Source: Alphaproteobacteria bacterium
Lineage (GTDB): Bacteria; Pseudomonadota; Alphaproteobacteria; GCA-2731375
Reading direction: 5' to 3'
Length of the DNA: 64,000 bases
Assembly: GCA_965225945.1 (NCBI GenBank)
Contig: CBDDBZ010000038.1
Span: 448,001-512,000 of the forward strand
The position numbers and the translations under genes were made by a program. Below are positions 45,472 to 56,132 of the stretch, piece after piece. Positions within the stretch are counted from its first letter, which is position 1, and the number at the start of each line of letters is the position of its first letter. Below the pieces are notes generated by a model, which saw nothing but the letters and a program-made list of their open reading frames with translations, ran no database searches and had not been told where the DNA came from.

Positions 45472-46278
45472 TCAACTTCCGCCGGGTTGCATCGTTTCGA
45501 CCAGCGCCGTCGCCAGCCGTTCGACGTCGCCCGCCGCCTCGCTGACGGGATAACGGGTGAACAACGGTGCCTGGTGGCGGATGGCCTCGCGAACCTTCGG
45601 ATCGCGCCGCACGACGCCCAGCAGCGGCGGCGTGATCGCGAGAAAGTTGTGGCAGGCGTTGGCCAGCGCGGCATAGGTTCGCTCGCCGGTCCGTGTCGTC
45701 TCCGCCATGTTTACGACCACGCGGATGGAGGCCTTGGGATTGTCCCTGAGCGTCAGCTTGATCAGGGCATAGGCGTCGGTGAGCGAGGTCGGCTCGTCGG
45801 TGACTATCGCCAGCAGCGGTCCACCGCCCTGGATCAACGCCCGAGCCGGGCCGTCGATGCCGGCGCCGAGGTCGAGCACGACCCATTGGTAACGGCCGGC
45901 AATCTGGCCGAGCGCGCGCCCCAGATTGGCAACCGCCTCGGCGCCGAGGTCGGCGAGCGCGCCGGAGCCCGACTTGCCGGCGACGACGTCGAACGAGCCC
46001 TCCGCGTAGTGGGTGATCGCCTCCTCGATCTCGATCCGACCCTCGACCGCGTCGACGATGCCGTGACGCAAATCGAGGTTGAGCTGAACGTCGACGTTGG
46101 CGAGCCCCAGGTCGCCGTCGAACAGCAGCGTGCGGGTGCCCATGCGGGCCAGCGCATGGGACAGCGTGATGGCGAGCCAGGTCTTGCCGACCCCGCCCTT
46201 GCCGGAGGCGATGGAGACGATGTGTCGCTCGCTAGCGACGCTCCGGGGGTGATCGGTTTGGCGCGATGGACTTCTCAT
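45472..46278 (-). CDS. flhG: MinD/ParA-family flagellar number regulator FlhG/FleN
   Basis: SGKGGVGKT, DGDLGLANVD, DEPTSLTDAYALIK; ATGA overlap with flhF. Confidence 0.9.
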   Translation of the reverse strand: MRSPSRQTDHPRSVASERHIVSIASGKGGVGKTWLAITLSHALARMGTRTLLFDGDLGLANVDVQLNLDLRHGIVDAVEGRIEIEEAITHYAEGSFDVVAGKSGSGALADLGAEAVANLGRALGQIAGRYQWVVLDLGAGIDGPARALIQGGGPLLAIVTDEPTSLTDAYALIKLTLRDNPKASIRVVVNMAETTRTGERTYAALANACHNFLAITPPLLGVVRRDPKVREAIRHQAPLFTRYPVSEAAGDVERLATALVETMQPGGS

Positions 46279-47249
46279 GTCTCGAGGCTCTCCAGTGGGG
46301 CAATCCGGTCTTCGGCGCACGGATCGTGGCAAAAGACGCGGGCCAGGGCGGCCGCGTCGGGACGGCGCAGCCCTCGGGGGATGGAGGGCGTGATCCCGAC
46401 TTCGGCGAGGGCAAGGTCGCCGGCGTCGGCGGCGGACAGCAGAGCGCCCAGGCGGCGGGCCGCGTCGATGCGGGTCACGACCAAGTGGCGGCAGCCGAGG
46501 CGGGCGAATATCCTCGCCGTTTCCGCCGCCTCGAGCGCGTCGGTGCCCGCCGCCAATACCAGCACCGGGCGCGTCGGCGCGGCGTTGAGAAATCCCGCGA
46601 GGTCGTCGAGCTCGCGGCTCTCGAAGGGATTGGTGCCGGGCGTGTCGACGATCGTCGGCGGACCCGAAGCGCCCTCGGTCAGGATTTGACGGAACAGCTT
46701 CGGCGTCTTGGCGGTGGCGATCGGCTGCTCCAGGATGCCCGCGAAGGCCGCCAGTTGCGCGACCGCGCCGGCACGCAGCGTATCGGTGGTCAACAGTCGC
46801 GCGGTCTCGCCGGCAAGCACGCGGCGGGCGGCGAGCTTGGCCGCGGTCGAGGTCTTGCCGGCCCCGCTGGGCCCGACCAGGACCAGTGGACGCTCGGCCT
46901 CCGGCTCCGGTGCCTCGAAGGCGATCCGACGCTCGAGCGCGCCCGCGAGCGCGTCCGTAGACTCTGTTTTGCCCAGTCGGTCGGCCGTGCGGATCAGGCG
47001 CACCGACAGCTCGCCCGGAACGCCGTGATAGTCGAGGTAGGGGCCGAGCGTCTCGGCGAGGCACGAGGACGGCGGGGCGGTGGCGGGCTCGCGAGTCGCG
47101 CGACTGTCGTCGACACCTGCCGTTACTCGGACGCCCTGGCCACGAGCGCTGTCGTGGGTCGAGAGGATGACCGCGTCCTCGCCCAGGATCTCGCGCACCT
47201 GGGTCATCGCCTCGCGCATGGTCGCCGCTGTAAAGGTTCTGAGACGCAT
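46275..47249 (-). CDS. flhF: flagellar GTPase FlhF
   Basis: MRLRTF...LGEDAVIL, GPSGAGKT, DTLRAGA..QL, DTPG, TRID. Confidence 0.9.
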   Translation of the reverse strand: MRLRTFTAATMREAMTQVREILGEDAVILSTHDSARGQGVRVTAGVDDSRATREPATAPPSSCLAETLGPYLDYHGVPGELSVRLIRTADRLGKTESTDALAGALERRIAFEAPEPEAERPLVLVGPSGAGKTSTAAKLAARRVLAGETARLLTTDTLRAGAVAQLAAFAGILEQPIATAKTPKLFRQILTEGASGPPTIVDTPGTNPFESRELDDLAGFLNAAPTRPVLVLAAGTDALEAAETARIFARLGCRHLVVTRIDAARRLGALLSAADAGDLALAEVGITPSIPRGLRRPDAAALARVFCHDPCAEDRIAPLESLET

Positions 47250-47262
47250 TCCGCCGATCCCC

Positions 47263-49380
47263 TCAGATCTGTGCCATGGTGCGAATCTTCGCCTGCGGGT
47301 GAATTTCGCTCTGCGACAGCACGGCGATGGTGGGACGGAAGCGCTCGATGATCGAGCGGACGAAGGGCCGTGCCGCGGGGCTGGTCAACAGCACGGGTGT
47401 CTCGCCGCGCATCGCCAGATCGTCGAGCACGCCGCGCACCCGGGCGATGAAGTCCTGTAGCCGGCTCGGCGCCATCGCGAGCTGCTGCTCACCGGGCTGA
47501 CCGACGATGGCCTCCGCGAAGCTCTGCTCCCACTCCGAGGAGAGCGTGACCAATGGGATATGGCCGGCGGGCGAGGTGTGCACCTGGCTGATCTGTCGGG
47601 CAAGCCGCGCGCGAACGTGCTCGGCGATCGGAATCACGCCCTGCGAGAAGCTGAGCGCCTCCGCCACGCCCTCGAGGATCGTCGGCAGATCACGGATCGA
47701 GATTCGCTCGGCCAACAGGCGCTGGAGCACGCGCTGCAAGGCCGCGACCGAGATCTGCGAGGGCACGAGATCGTCGACCAGCTTCTTGTGCTCCTCGCCG
47801 AGCTCGTCGAGCAGACGCTGCGTTGCGGCATAGGACAGCAGCTCCGCCATGTTCTCCTTGATCACCTCGGTCAGGTGCGTGGTCATCACGGTGGCCGGAT
47901 CGACCACCGTGTAGCCGTGGAAGGCGGCTTCCTCGCGGAGCGATTCCTCGACCCACATCGCCGGCAGGCCGAAGGTGGGCTCCGTCGTCGTTTCGCCCGG
48001 CAGCGTCAGCTCGGCGCCACGCGGATCCATGATCAGCAGCTTGTCCGTGCGGACCTCGCCGCGCGCGGTCTCGACCTCCTTGACCCGGATCGCGTAGCTG
48101 CTGCTCGGAAGCTGCATGTTGTCGAGAATGCGCACCGAGGGCATGACGAAACCCATGTCGCTGGCGATCTGGCGACGTAGCGCCTTGATCTGGTCGGTCA
48201 GGCGATAGCCACGCGCGTCGTTGATCAGCGGCAGCGGGCCATAACCCATCTCGACCCTGAGATCGTCGATCGCGAGCGCCGAGGAGATCGGCTCCTCGGG
48301 TGGCGGTGGCATCTCCGCCTCGTGGGCCGCCACCGCCTCCTTGGCCGCGGCCTCGCGATTTTGCGTGACGCGCCAGGCGGCCACCCCCAACACGCTCGCG
48401 ACGGCGAGGAAGGGCAACATCGGGATGCCGGGCAACACGCTCAGCGCCAGCAGCAGGCCGGCGCTGAGCATGATCGCCTTCGGATAGCCGCCCATTTGGT
48501 TCAACAGCGCCTTGTCGGTCGGTCCGGTGACGCCCCCCTTGGAGACCAGAAGGCCGGCCGCCGTGGAGACGATCAGGGCGGGAATTTGCGAGACCAGACC
48601 ATCGCCCACGGTCAACATCGTGTAGGTGGCCGAGGCCTCGGCGAAGCTCAGATCCATCTGCGCGACGCCGATGATGATGCCGCCGATAATGTTGATGAAG
48701 GTGATCAGCAGGCCGGCGATCGCATCGCCCCGAACGAACTTGGCGGCCCCGTCCATGGCGCCGTAGAAGGTGCTCTCGTCCTCGAGCTGGCGGCGCCGGG
48801 CGCGCGCCTGGTCCTCGCTGATCAGGCCGGCCGAGAGATCGGCGTCGATCGCCATCTGCTTGCCGGGCATGGCATCGAGCGTGAAGCGCGCCGCCACTTC
48901 GGCGATCCGGCCCGAACCCTTGGTGATGACGACGAAGTTCACGATCACCAGGATCGCGAAGACGATGATGCCGATGACGAAGTTACCGCCCATGACGAAG
49001 CCGCCGAAGGCTTCGATGACCCGGCCAGCGGCATCGGTGCCTTCGTGGCCCTCGGAGAGCATCAGCCGCGTCGAGGCCATGTTGAGCGCCAGGCGCAGCA
49101 TGGTGGCGAGCAACAACACCGTCGGAAAGACGCTGAATTCCAGCGGCGTCTGGATGAACAGGCAGGTCATCAGGATCAGCACCGAGAACGTGATCGAGAT
49201 GGCGAGCGAGAAGTCGAGCAGCCAGCTCGGCATCGGCAGGATCAGCACGACCAGGATCGCCGCCACGCCAAGGGCGAGTGCGACGTCGCTCTGCGGCAGG
49301 TGGCGGAGATAGGGGGCGAGGAAATCCAGCGGCCCGACGGCGCCCTTGCTCTCGCGATTCGGCTCCATGCTCTCACTCAT
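47263..49380 (-). CDS. flhA: flagellar export gate FlhA
   Basis: RIAEVAARFTLDAMPGKQMAIDADL, GAMDGAAKFVRGDA, GDGLVSQIP. Confidence 0.97.
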   Translation of the reverse strand: MSESMEPNRESKGAVGPLDFLAPYLRHLPQSDVALALGVAAILVVLILPMPSWLLDFSLAISITFSVLILMTCLFIQTPLEFSVFPTVLLLATMLRLALNMASTRLMLSEGHEGTDAAGRVIEAFGGFVMGGNFVIGIIVFAILVIVNFVVITKGSGRIAEVAARFTLDAMPGKQMAIDADLSAGLISEDQARARRRQLEDESTFYGAMDGAAKFVRGDAIAGLLITFINIIGGIIIGVAQMDLSFAEASATYTMLTVGDGLVSQIPALIVSTAAGLLVSKGGVTGPTDKALLNQMGGYPKAIMLSAGLLLALSVLPGIPMLPFLAVASVLGVAAWRVTQNREAAAKEAVAAHEAEMPPPPEEPISSALAIDDLRVEMGYGPLPLINDARGYRLTDQIKALRRQIASDMGFVMPSVRILDNMQLPSSSYAIRVKEVETARGEVRTDKLLIMDPRGAELTLPGETTTEPTFGLPAMWVEESLREEAAFHGYTVVDPATVMTTHLTEVIKENMAELLSYAATQRLLDELGEEHKKLVDDLVPSQISVAALQRVLQRLLAERISIRDLPTILEGVAEALSFSQGVIPIAEHVRARLARQISQVHTSPAGHIPLVTLSSEWEQSFAEAIVGQPGEQQLAMAPSRLQDFIARVRGVLDDLAMRGETPVLLTSPAARPFVRSIIERFRPTIAVLSQSEIHPQAKIRTMAQI

Positions 49381-49399
49381 GATCGTTCAGCCTCGATCC

Positions 49400-50779
49400 T
49401 CAGGCCGGCGCGCTCCGCGCCTCGCCCGGCGAGGGCACGCGAACCCCATCGTCGCCGTATTGGCGAAGCTTGTTGCGCAAGGTGCGGATTGAGATGCCGA
49501 GAATGTTGGCGGCATGCGTGCGGTTGCCGATGCAGTGGTAGAGCGTGTCGATGATCAGGTCGCGCTCGACGTCGGCCACGGTACGGCCGACCAGCGCCTG
49601 GGTGACGGCCTCGCCGTCCTCCTCGGCGAGGACGGCTTCGCACGCGCCCACCTCGGCGCGGGGCGCCACTGTCGAGCGGCGGCCGTCGGGCGTCAGAATC
49701 GCCTCGGGTTCGATGGTATCGCCGTTCGACAGCAAGACCGCGCGGTGCATCATGTTCTCGAGCTCGCGAACATTGCCGGGCCAGGCCTGGCGGGTCAGCA
49801 GGTCGATGGTGGCCGGCGCCAACAGGCGCTCGGGAACCCCGTTCGCCTCGGCGTATTTGGCGGCGAAATGGCGCGCCAGCAGGGCGACGTCGCGCGGTCG
49901 ACCCCTGAGCGGTGGCAGCTGCAGGTTGACCACGTTCAAGCGGAACAGCAGATCCTCGCGGAAGGCGCCGTTGCGCGCCGCCTCGGCGAGGTCGCGGTTG
50001 GAGGTGGCGATGAAGCGGATGTCGACCGGGATCGGCCGTCCGCCTCCGACCCGGTCGATCTCGCGTTCCTGGATCGCGCGCAACAGCTTGGCTTGAAGCC
50101 GGGGCTCCATCTCGCTGATCTCGTCAAAGAGAAGGGTGCCACCGTCCGCCTCCTCGAACTTGCCGATACGGCGCGCGACGGCGCCCGTGAAGGCCCCCTT
50201 CTCATGACCGAAGAGCTCGCTTTCCAGCAAGTTGTCGGGGATCGCGGCGCAGTTGACCGAGACGAAGGTATTGCGGGTCCGGCGGCTCTTGCGATGGAGG
50301 TAGCGGGCCATCACCTCCTTGCCGGTGCCGGATTCGCCGGTGATCAGGATGCTCGCCTCGCTCGGCGCCACCTGCTCGGCGAGCCGCACCACCTCGCGCA
50401 TCGACTCGTCCTCGTACAGGAGCGCGTAATTCTCTTCGGCCACCGCCTCCAGCACGGCGGCGATCAGCGCCGGCTCGGGCGGAAGCGGCAGGTATTCCTT
50501 GGCTCCGGCGCGGATCGCGGCACTGGCGGCTTGCGGGTCGGCGCCGACGCCACAGGCCACGACCGAGATGTTGAAGCGTTCGCTGGCCAGGTTCTCGACG
50601 AAGCCGCGGATGTCCTGGCCGACCTCCATCAACACCAGATCGGCACCGCGTCCGCCGCGCAGCTCGCCGAGCGCGATCGCCGGCGTCTCCGCGTGTGCCA
50701 CCTTGGCACCCCGGCGCATGGCGATTTGGGTCGCCGCGACGACTTGGCCTTCCAACGAGCCGATGATCAGTAAACGCAT
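49400..50779 (-). CDS. flbD: sigma54-dependent flagellar activator FlbD
   Basis: Atypical receiver domain, GESGTGKE, GAFTGA, WPGNVRELEN, HTH GNRTHAANILGISIRTLRNKL. Confidence 0.92.
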   Translation of the reverse strand: MRLLIIGSLEGQVVAATQIAMRRGAKVAHAETPAIALGELRGGRGADLVLMEVGQDIRGFVENLASERFNISVVACGVGADPQAASAAIRAGAKEYLPLPPEPALIAAVLEAVAEENYALLYEDESMREVVRLAEQVAPSEASILITGESGTGKEVMARYLHRKSRRTRNTFVSVNCAAIPDNLLESELFGHEKGAFTGAVARRIGKFEEADGGTLLFDEISEMEPRLQAKLLRAIQEREIDRVGGGRPIPVDIRFIATSNRDLAEAARNGAFREDLLFRLNVVNLQLPPLRGRPRDVALLARHFAAKYAEANGVPERLLAPATIDLLTRQAWPGNVRELENMMHRAVLLSNGDTIEPEAILTPDGRRSTVAPRAEVGACEAVLAEEDGEAVTQALVGRTVADVERDLIIDTLYHCIGNRTHAANILGISIRTLRNKLRQYGDDGVRVPSPGEARSAPA

Positions 50780-50799
50780 TCCGTGAACTCCCGGATCTC

Positions 50800-51582
50800 T
50801 TAGTCGTAGACGTGGAGCCGCTTCGTCGGCGGCAGCTGGGTATTGAGCAGGATCTCGAGCCGGCGCGGGTTCTCCTGTCGGCCGATGGAGCCGGCGCCGA
50901 GCAGATAGAAGTTCTGCAACAGCGATTCCTCAGAGGAATTTCGCTCCAGCTTGGAGGCGATCGGTCCGAACACCATGTTGGACAGAATGGCGCCATAGAA
51001 GGTTGTGAGTAGCGCCACGGCCATGGAGGGGCCGATGGTCGAGGGGTCGTCGAGGCTGCCCAGCATCCGCACCAGGCCGATCAGGGTCCCGATCAGGCCC
51101 ATCGCCGGCGCCACCTCGGCCGCCTTGCGGAAGACGCTGGCGCTCTTTTCGTGGCGGGTCGTCATCGCCATCAGCTCGTGGCGCATGATACGATCGAGAT
51201 CCTCGCCCGGCGTGCCGTCGACGACCAGGCTCAATGCCTTGTGAAGAAACGGTTCCGCGCCGAGCTGTCGGAGTCTGGATTCCAACCCCAGCACGCCGTC
51301 GCGGCGCGCCAGCTCCGCCAGCTCGACCAACCGATAGGCGGTCTGGGCGGGGTCGGGCAGGCGATGGAAGACGGTCTTCGCCATCACCATCTGGGCTCGG
51401 GCGATATCCTCCAGCGAAAAACACACCATGGTCACGGCGAAGGTCCCGCCGAGTACGATCAGCAGCGAGGAGAGGTCGAAGAAAGCCGCCGGCGCGCCGC
51501 CCAGAACCATGGCGGTGACTAAAAGCCCGAAACCCGACAGCAGGCCGAGCACGGTCGCGAAATCGAAACCATTATGTCGCAT
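50800..51582 (-). CDS. motA: flagellar stator MotA/PomA
   Basis: ARRDGVLGLE, APAMGLIGTLIGLV, MAVALLTTFYG. Confidence 0.92.
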   Translation of the reverse strand: MRHNGFDFATVLGLLSGFGLLVTAMVLGGAPAAFFDLSSLLIVLGGTFAVTMVCFSLEDIARAQMVMAKTVFHRLPDPAQTAYRLVELAELARRDGVLGLESRLRQLGAEPFLHKALSLVVDGTPGEDLDRIMRHELMAMTTRHEKSASVFRKAAEVAPAMGLIGTLIGLVRMLGSLDDPSTIGPSMAVALLTTFYGAILSNMVFGPIASKLERNSSEESLLQNFYLLGAGSIGRQENPRRLEILLNTQLPPTKRLHVYD

Positions 51583-51615
51583 GCGTTGGCCCTCCGCGTA
51601 TCCGGCCCGCTGGCA

Positions 51616-52041
51616 TCAACCTTGGTCGCCCTTGATGATTTCGGTCATCGTCACCCCGAGCTGGTTCTCGACGATCACCACCTCGCCGCGGGCGACGAGG
51701 CGATCGTTGACGTAGATGTCGATCGCCTCGCCGACCTTCCGATCGAGTTCGATCACCGCGCCCCGACCGAGCTTCAGGAGCGAACTCACCTGCATCTTCG
51801 ACTTGCCCAGCACCGCCGAGACATGGACCGGGATGTCGTAGACCGCCGCGAGATCGGCGGCGGTGCGAATCGTGTCCGTCTCCTCGATCGCCTCGAGCCC
51901 CGGCGTCGTGCCGTCGGCCTCGGGCGTCGCGCCGTCGGCCTCGGGCGCCGCGCCGTCGGCCTCGGGCTCCGCCCCGGCCGCCGCCGGCGCGGCGTCCGTG
52001 CTCAGATCCTCGAGGGTGAGACTGTCCTCGTCTTCGCTCAT
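51616..52041 (-). CDS. fliN: flagellar motor switch FliN
   Basis: AVYDIPVHVSAVLG...LDRKVGEAIDIYVNDRLVARGEVV. Confidence 0.93.
   Translation of the reverse strand: MSEDEDSLTLEDLSTDAAPAAAGAEPEADGAAPEADGATPEADGTTPGLEAIEETDTIRTAADLAAVYDIPVHVSAVLGKSKMQVSSLLKLGRGAVIELDRKVGEAIDIYVNDRLVARGEVVIVENQLGVTMTEIIKGDQG
51910..51967. repeat. 21-bp tandem repeat (~3 copies) encoding PEADG(A/T) in the FliN linker
   Basis: GCCGTCGGCCTCGGGC repeated at 51910, 51931 and 51952. Confidence 0.85.
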
Positions 52042-52694
52042 CACCAGCTCCCATCATTCGACGGCGCCGCATGCCCCGTCGGTCCCGCGTCCAGGTTCCA
52101 CGAGCGACAATGATGCTCGATGATCTCCTCGATTTCGCCGGCCAAGGCTCGGGGGTCGCGCTCGGCGCCTCCGTCGGGCCACTCCACCCGGCACTCGCCC
52201 GGGCCGAGCATCGGATCGCCGAGCAGGATGACCGCGCCGGAGAAGCCGGCGCCGGTGGCGACCTCGTCGATCCGTGCCCTCGTCGCCTCGACCAACGACT
52301 CCTCGACCCTGAGCACGATCCTCGGCTCCGTCGGCATGCGGGTGAGGCACTCGCCCGCCAGCGCCAGAATCTCCTCGACCGGCGCGCGCCGGATCAGCAC
52401 CGGCGCCAATTTACTGGCGATCAAATGGGCGAGGCGCGCGGCATCATCCCTGATCGTCTCGAGGCCGGCGCGGTGCGCGTCGTCCAGGGTCTCGAGGCCG
52501 GCGCAAATCGCCGTCATCGTCTCGGCGAGCGCGCGCTCGATCCCGTCGAGCGCTGCTTGTCGTCCCGCCGTCTCGCCTTCCGCGAACGCCTCCGCCCGGG
52601 CCTGATCCAAGACGTGGGCGCGCGGGTCGTCGACGTCGCCGGCGGCACTGAACACCGTGTCGAATTTGAAGCGGGTCGGGGATGGCGCGTTCAC
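52041..52694 (-). CDS. fliH: flagellar assembly protein FliH
   Basis: FKFDTVF, AFAEGETAG, EPRIVLRV, CRVEWPDGGAERD; lies between fliG and fliN. Confidence 0.88.
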   Translation of the reverse strand: MNAPSPTRFKFDTVFSAAGDVDDPRAHVLDQARAEAFAEGETAGRQAALDGIERALAETMTAICAGLETLDDAHRAGLETIRDDAARLAHLIASKLAPVLIRRAPVEEILALAGECLTRMPTEPRIVLRVEESLVEATRARIDEVATGAGFSGAVILLGDPMLGPGECRVEWPDGGAERDPRALAGEIEEIIEHHCRSWNLDAGPTGHAAPSNDGSW

Positions 52695-52707
52695 CGTCGG
52701 TCCTCTT

Positions 52708-53727
52708 TCAATAAATCAGCTCGTCTTCGTCGCGATCTTCGGTCAGCATGATCTCGCCCCGGTCGGCGAGTTCCTTGGCGACCGTGACGACGTCCATCTG
52801 TGCCTCGTCGACGTCGCGCAGGCGGACCGGGCCCATCATCTCCATGTCCTCGCGCAGGATCTTCGCCGCGCGTTCCGACATGTTGGAGAAGAAGAGATCC
52901 CGGAGGGTGTCCGAGGCGCCCTTGAGACCGATCGCGAGCTTGGTGTTCTCGACCCCGCGGAGCAGGGTCTGCACGCCGCCGGGATCGAGGCGGATCAGAT
53001 CCTCGAAAGTAAACATCAAGGCCTTGATCTTCTCCGCCGACTCGCGATTGCGCTCCTCCAAGGAAGTCATGAACCGGTTCTCGGTGGACCGGTCGAGATT
53101 GTTGAAAATCTCGGCCATCATTTCGTGACTGTCGCGCCGGCTGGTGCGGGCGAGATTGTTCATGAACTCGACGTGGAGCGTCCGCTCGACCTTATCGAGA
53201 ATATCCTTCTGCACCGCTTCCATCCGCAGCATGCGCATCACCACCTCCATCGGGAAGTCCTCGGGCAGCGCGCCGAGAACGCGGGAGGCATGTTCCGCCT
53301 TCACCTTGGAGAGCACGACGGCGACGGTCTGCGGATATTCGTTCTTGAGGTAATTGGCGAGCACCGTCTCGTTCACGTTGCCGAGCTTGTCCCACATGGT
53401 GCGTCCGGCGGGTCCGCGGATCTCTTCCATGATCTGGCCGACCCGGTCGTCCGGCAGGATCTTGGTCAGCAGCCGCTCGGTGCTGTCGTAGGAGCCGACC
53501 AGCGCGCCGGTGTGGGACATATTATCGGCGAAGTCGACGAAGAGCTGCTCCACGGTGCCGGATTCGACCGCGCCGAGACTGGCCATCGCGGTGGACACCT
53601 CGCGGATTTCGTCGTCCTCCATCAGGATCCAGAGCTTCGCCCCTTGCTCCTCGCCGAGGGCGAGCATCAGCACGGCGGCCTTGTCCGGACCGCTCAGTCC
53701 CTGGCGCGTGGAGCGTGCCTTCGCCAT
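52708..53727 (-). CDS. fliG: flagellar motor switch FliG
   Basis: [43 protein letters not shown]. Confidence 0.97.
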   Translation of the reverse strand: MAKARSTRQGLSGPDKAAVLMLALGEEQGAKLWILMEDDEIREVSTAMASLGAVESGTVEQLFVDFADNMSHTGALVGSYDSTERLLTKILPDDRVGQIMEEIRGPAGRTMWDKLGNVNETVLANYLKNEYPQTVAVVLSKVKAEHASRVLGALPEDFPMEVVMRMLRMEAVQKDILDKVERTLHVEFMNNLARTSRRDSHEMMAEIFNNLDRSTENRFMTSLEERNRESAEKIKALMFTFEDLIRLDPGGVQTLLRGVENTKLAIGLKGASDTLRDLFFSNMSERAAKILREDMEMMGPVRLRDVDEAQMDVVTVAKELADRGEIMLTEDRDEDELIY

Positions 53728-53736
53728 CGTTGCTTC

Positions 53737-55495
53737 CTAGCTCTCCTGGTACAGCCAGGTGCGCAGGATCGAGAGCGCCTCATCCGGGTGCTGCTCGACC
53801 AACTCGCCGATCTTGCGCACCGAGGAAGCCCGCACTTGGCCCTCGATTCGCGATGTCGCCGGCCGGCCGAAGTGGACTCACCGGTCAGCAGGCGCGGGCG
53901 ATGTCGATCATCACTTCGTTGTCCTCGCCGGCCGAAGTGGACTCACCGGTCAGCAGGCGCCTGGCTTCCTCGGGCCGCATCTCGCCGGCCTCGACGGCGG
54001 CGATGATTGCCTCGCGCTCGGCCGCCGGCATGCCGGACGCGGCGGGCGCCGGCAGCGCCGCCGCCGCTTCGGGCGCGGCGAGCGCGGGTTGTTTGGCGGG
54101 CGCGCCTCCCGTCGACGGGATCGCGGCGAGCAACGGGCGGGCGATGAACAGGAGCGTCAGCAAGGCAACCAAAACCAGCGCCACCATCTCCGCCGCCCGC
54201 ATCACGTCGCCGATCTCGAAGCCCATGACCTCGAAGCCGACAACGGTGTCCTCCAAGGGCTCCTGAAAGCGCTGGAATCGCATGTTCACGACCTCGACCG
54301 TGTCGCCACGCCCCTGGTCGAAGCCGATCGTCGATTTCACCAGGGTCGCGATCTTGTCGAGCTCGTCCTGTTTGCGCGGCGCGTAGACCATGGCGCCGTC
54401 CTGCCCGGTGGTGTAGGCGCCGTCGACCAGCACGGCGACGGAAATTCGCTTGAGCCGCCCGGATTCGTGAATCTGGGTCTTCGTCGTCTTGGAAATTTCG
54501 TAGTTGACGGTCTCCTCGGTGCGCTGCGTTTGGCTTTCGTTGGAGGCGTCCTCGCCGGCCTCCGCTTCGGGCAGGTTGTTGGCTACCGTGATCGATGTGT
54601 CCGCCTCGCTCTCACTCGTCGCCGTCGTCTCCTCCAGCGTCTGGGTCGAGCGGGCGACTTGGCTTTCCGGATCGTAGATTTCCTGTTTGGTGGTGATCCG
54701 GTCGAGATCCATGTCGACCGAGACCTCCGCTCTGACCCGTCCGACGCCGAGCGACTGCTCGACCAGGGATTCGATGGCGTCCTTCAGACGGCCTTCCTCG
54801 GCGGTCCGGGCATCCGCCAGGCCGCTGGCGCCGGCGCCGCCGTACTTGCCGGCGCGCGACAGCAACTGGCCTTGCTGGTCGACGATCGAGACCCGCTCCG
54901 GCTCCAGGTCCGGTACGGCGGAGGCGACCAGATGCTGCATCGCCCGGACTTGGCCGGCGTCGAGCCGGCTCGCGCCCCGCATGCGGATGGCGATCGAGGC
55001 GCTCGGCCGGCGGCGCTCGCGGGCGAAGACCTCGCGGCGCGGCAACACCAGATGGACCCGCGCCGCCGCGATCCGATCGATGCTTCGGATGGTCCGGGAT
55101 AGCTCGCCCTCGAGTGCCCTGAGGCGATTGATGTTCTGCACGAAGCTGGAGCTACCGAGGCTCTCGCCCTTGTCGAAGAGTTCGTAGCCGACCGAGCCAC
55201 CGGCGGGCAGCCCCTCGCGCGCCATCGCCAGGCGAAGCCGAAGCGCCCGATCCCGAGGCACCATGATTCGGCGACCATTCGCCTCGAGCTCGAAGGGAAC
55301 GCCCTGGGCCTCGAGTTGGACGACGATCTCGCTCGAATCCTCGACCGTGAGATCGCCGTAGAGGAGCGCCATCTTCGGCGCGCCCACCCGCTGGGCGAGG
55401 ACGAAGAAGGCGGCCAGGAGCGCCGCGCCGAGGGTGCCGATCAAAAGCAGGCGGGTCGGTCCGAGACGACGCACGTTCTCGACAAAACCGTTCGT
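53737..55495 (-). CDS. fliF: flagellar MS-ring FliF (apparent ACG start; short duplication-derived frameshift near the 3' end)
   Basis: VGYELFD, RALEGELSRTI, ARVHLVLP, NYEISK, RGDTVEV; conserved tail RIEGQVRASSVRKIGELVEQHPDEALSILRTWL is out of frame at 53737-53850. Confidence 0.88.
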
Positions 55496-55571
55496 CGCCG
55501 ACCTTCCTGGAAGCCAGGGCGCGGAACACCGCCCATCCGCCAAGCGCCGACGTCACGGGTCCGATCGGCGG

Positions 55572-55588
55572 CTCGGCAAATACTGCCC
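55572..55588. promoter_or_regulatory. ftr-like FlbD binding site in the fliF leader
   Basis: CTCGGCAAATACTGCCC resembles the Caulobacter ftr dyad (CGGC-AAA-..GCCG); a GTTAAC CtrA half-site lies at 55607-55612. Confidence 0.55.
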
Positions 55589-55728
55589 AAGCGGGATGAA
55601 GATGCAGTTAACGGCGGAAAACCTTGCCTAGCGCGCTTCGGATTTGAAGCTATACGCCGGGGGAACGGGCGGCCTCGACCAATCTTGAAATGCCCTAGCG
55701 CGCTATCCTCCGGCGCGGCCAACAGCTC

Positions 55729-56076
55729 TCAGTCGCCGAGGCCGGGCGCGTATTCGCCGTGGCCGAGTTTGTCCTCGCGGATCCTATCCCAGGTCCGCTC
55801 GGCGTCCCGATAGGCCTGCAGTCGGGTGGTTCGCAGACCCGCTAGGCCATGACGCTCGATCGCCCGCTGCCAGGACAGGAACTCCTCGACCGACAGAACG
55901 TAACGTCGGCAGGCCTCGTCGAGGCTGATCAGGCCGCCGCGCACGGCGGAGACCACCTGCGCCTTGCGCCGAATCACCCAGCGGCTGGTGTTGGGCGGCG
56001 GTAGGTCGTCGAGCGTCAATGTCTCGCCGTCCGGTCCGATCACCCTGGGTTGCCGACTGTCCGTACGATGTTCCAT
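55729..56076 (-). CDS. sciP: CtrA inhibitor SciP (DUF1153)
   Basis: VIGPDG..LTLDDLPPPNTSRWVIRRKAQVVSAVRGGLISLDEACRRYVLSVEEFLSWQ. Confidence 0.95.
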   Translation of the reverse strand: MEHRTDSRQPRVIGPDGETLTLDDLPPPNTSRWVIRRKAQVVSAVRGGLISLDEACRRYVLSVEEFLSWQRAIERHGLAGLRTTRLQAYRDAERTWDRIREDKLGHGEYAPGLGD

Positions 56077-56132
56077 CGGTGCTTCTGTCTTGCCTGCGAT
56101 TGTGTTCCGAGCGCCAAGCTAATCGCTTGAAT

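Noticed and set aside
50800-51582. motA without adjacent motB
   Set aside because: Common arrangement in this type of alphaproteobacterial flagellar cluster
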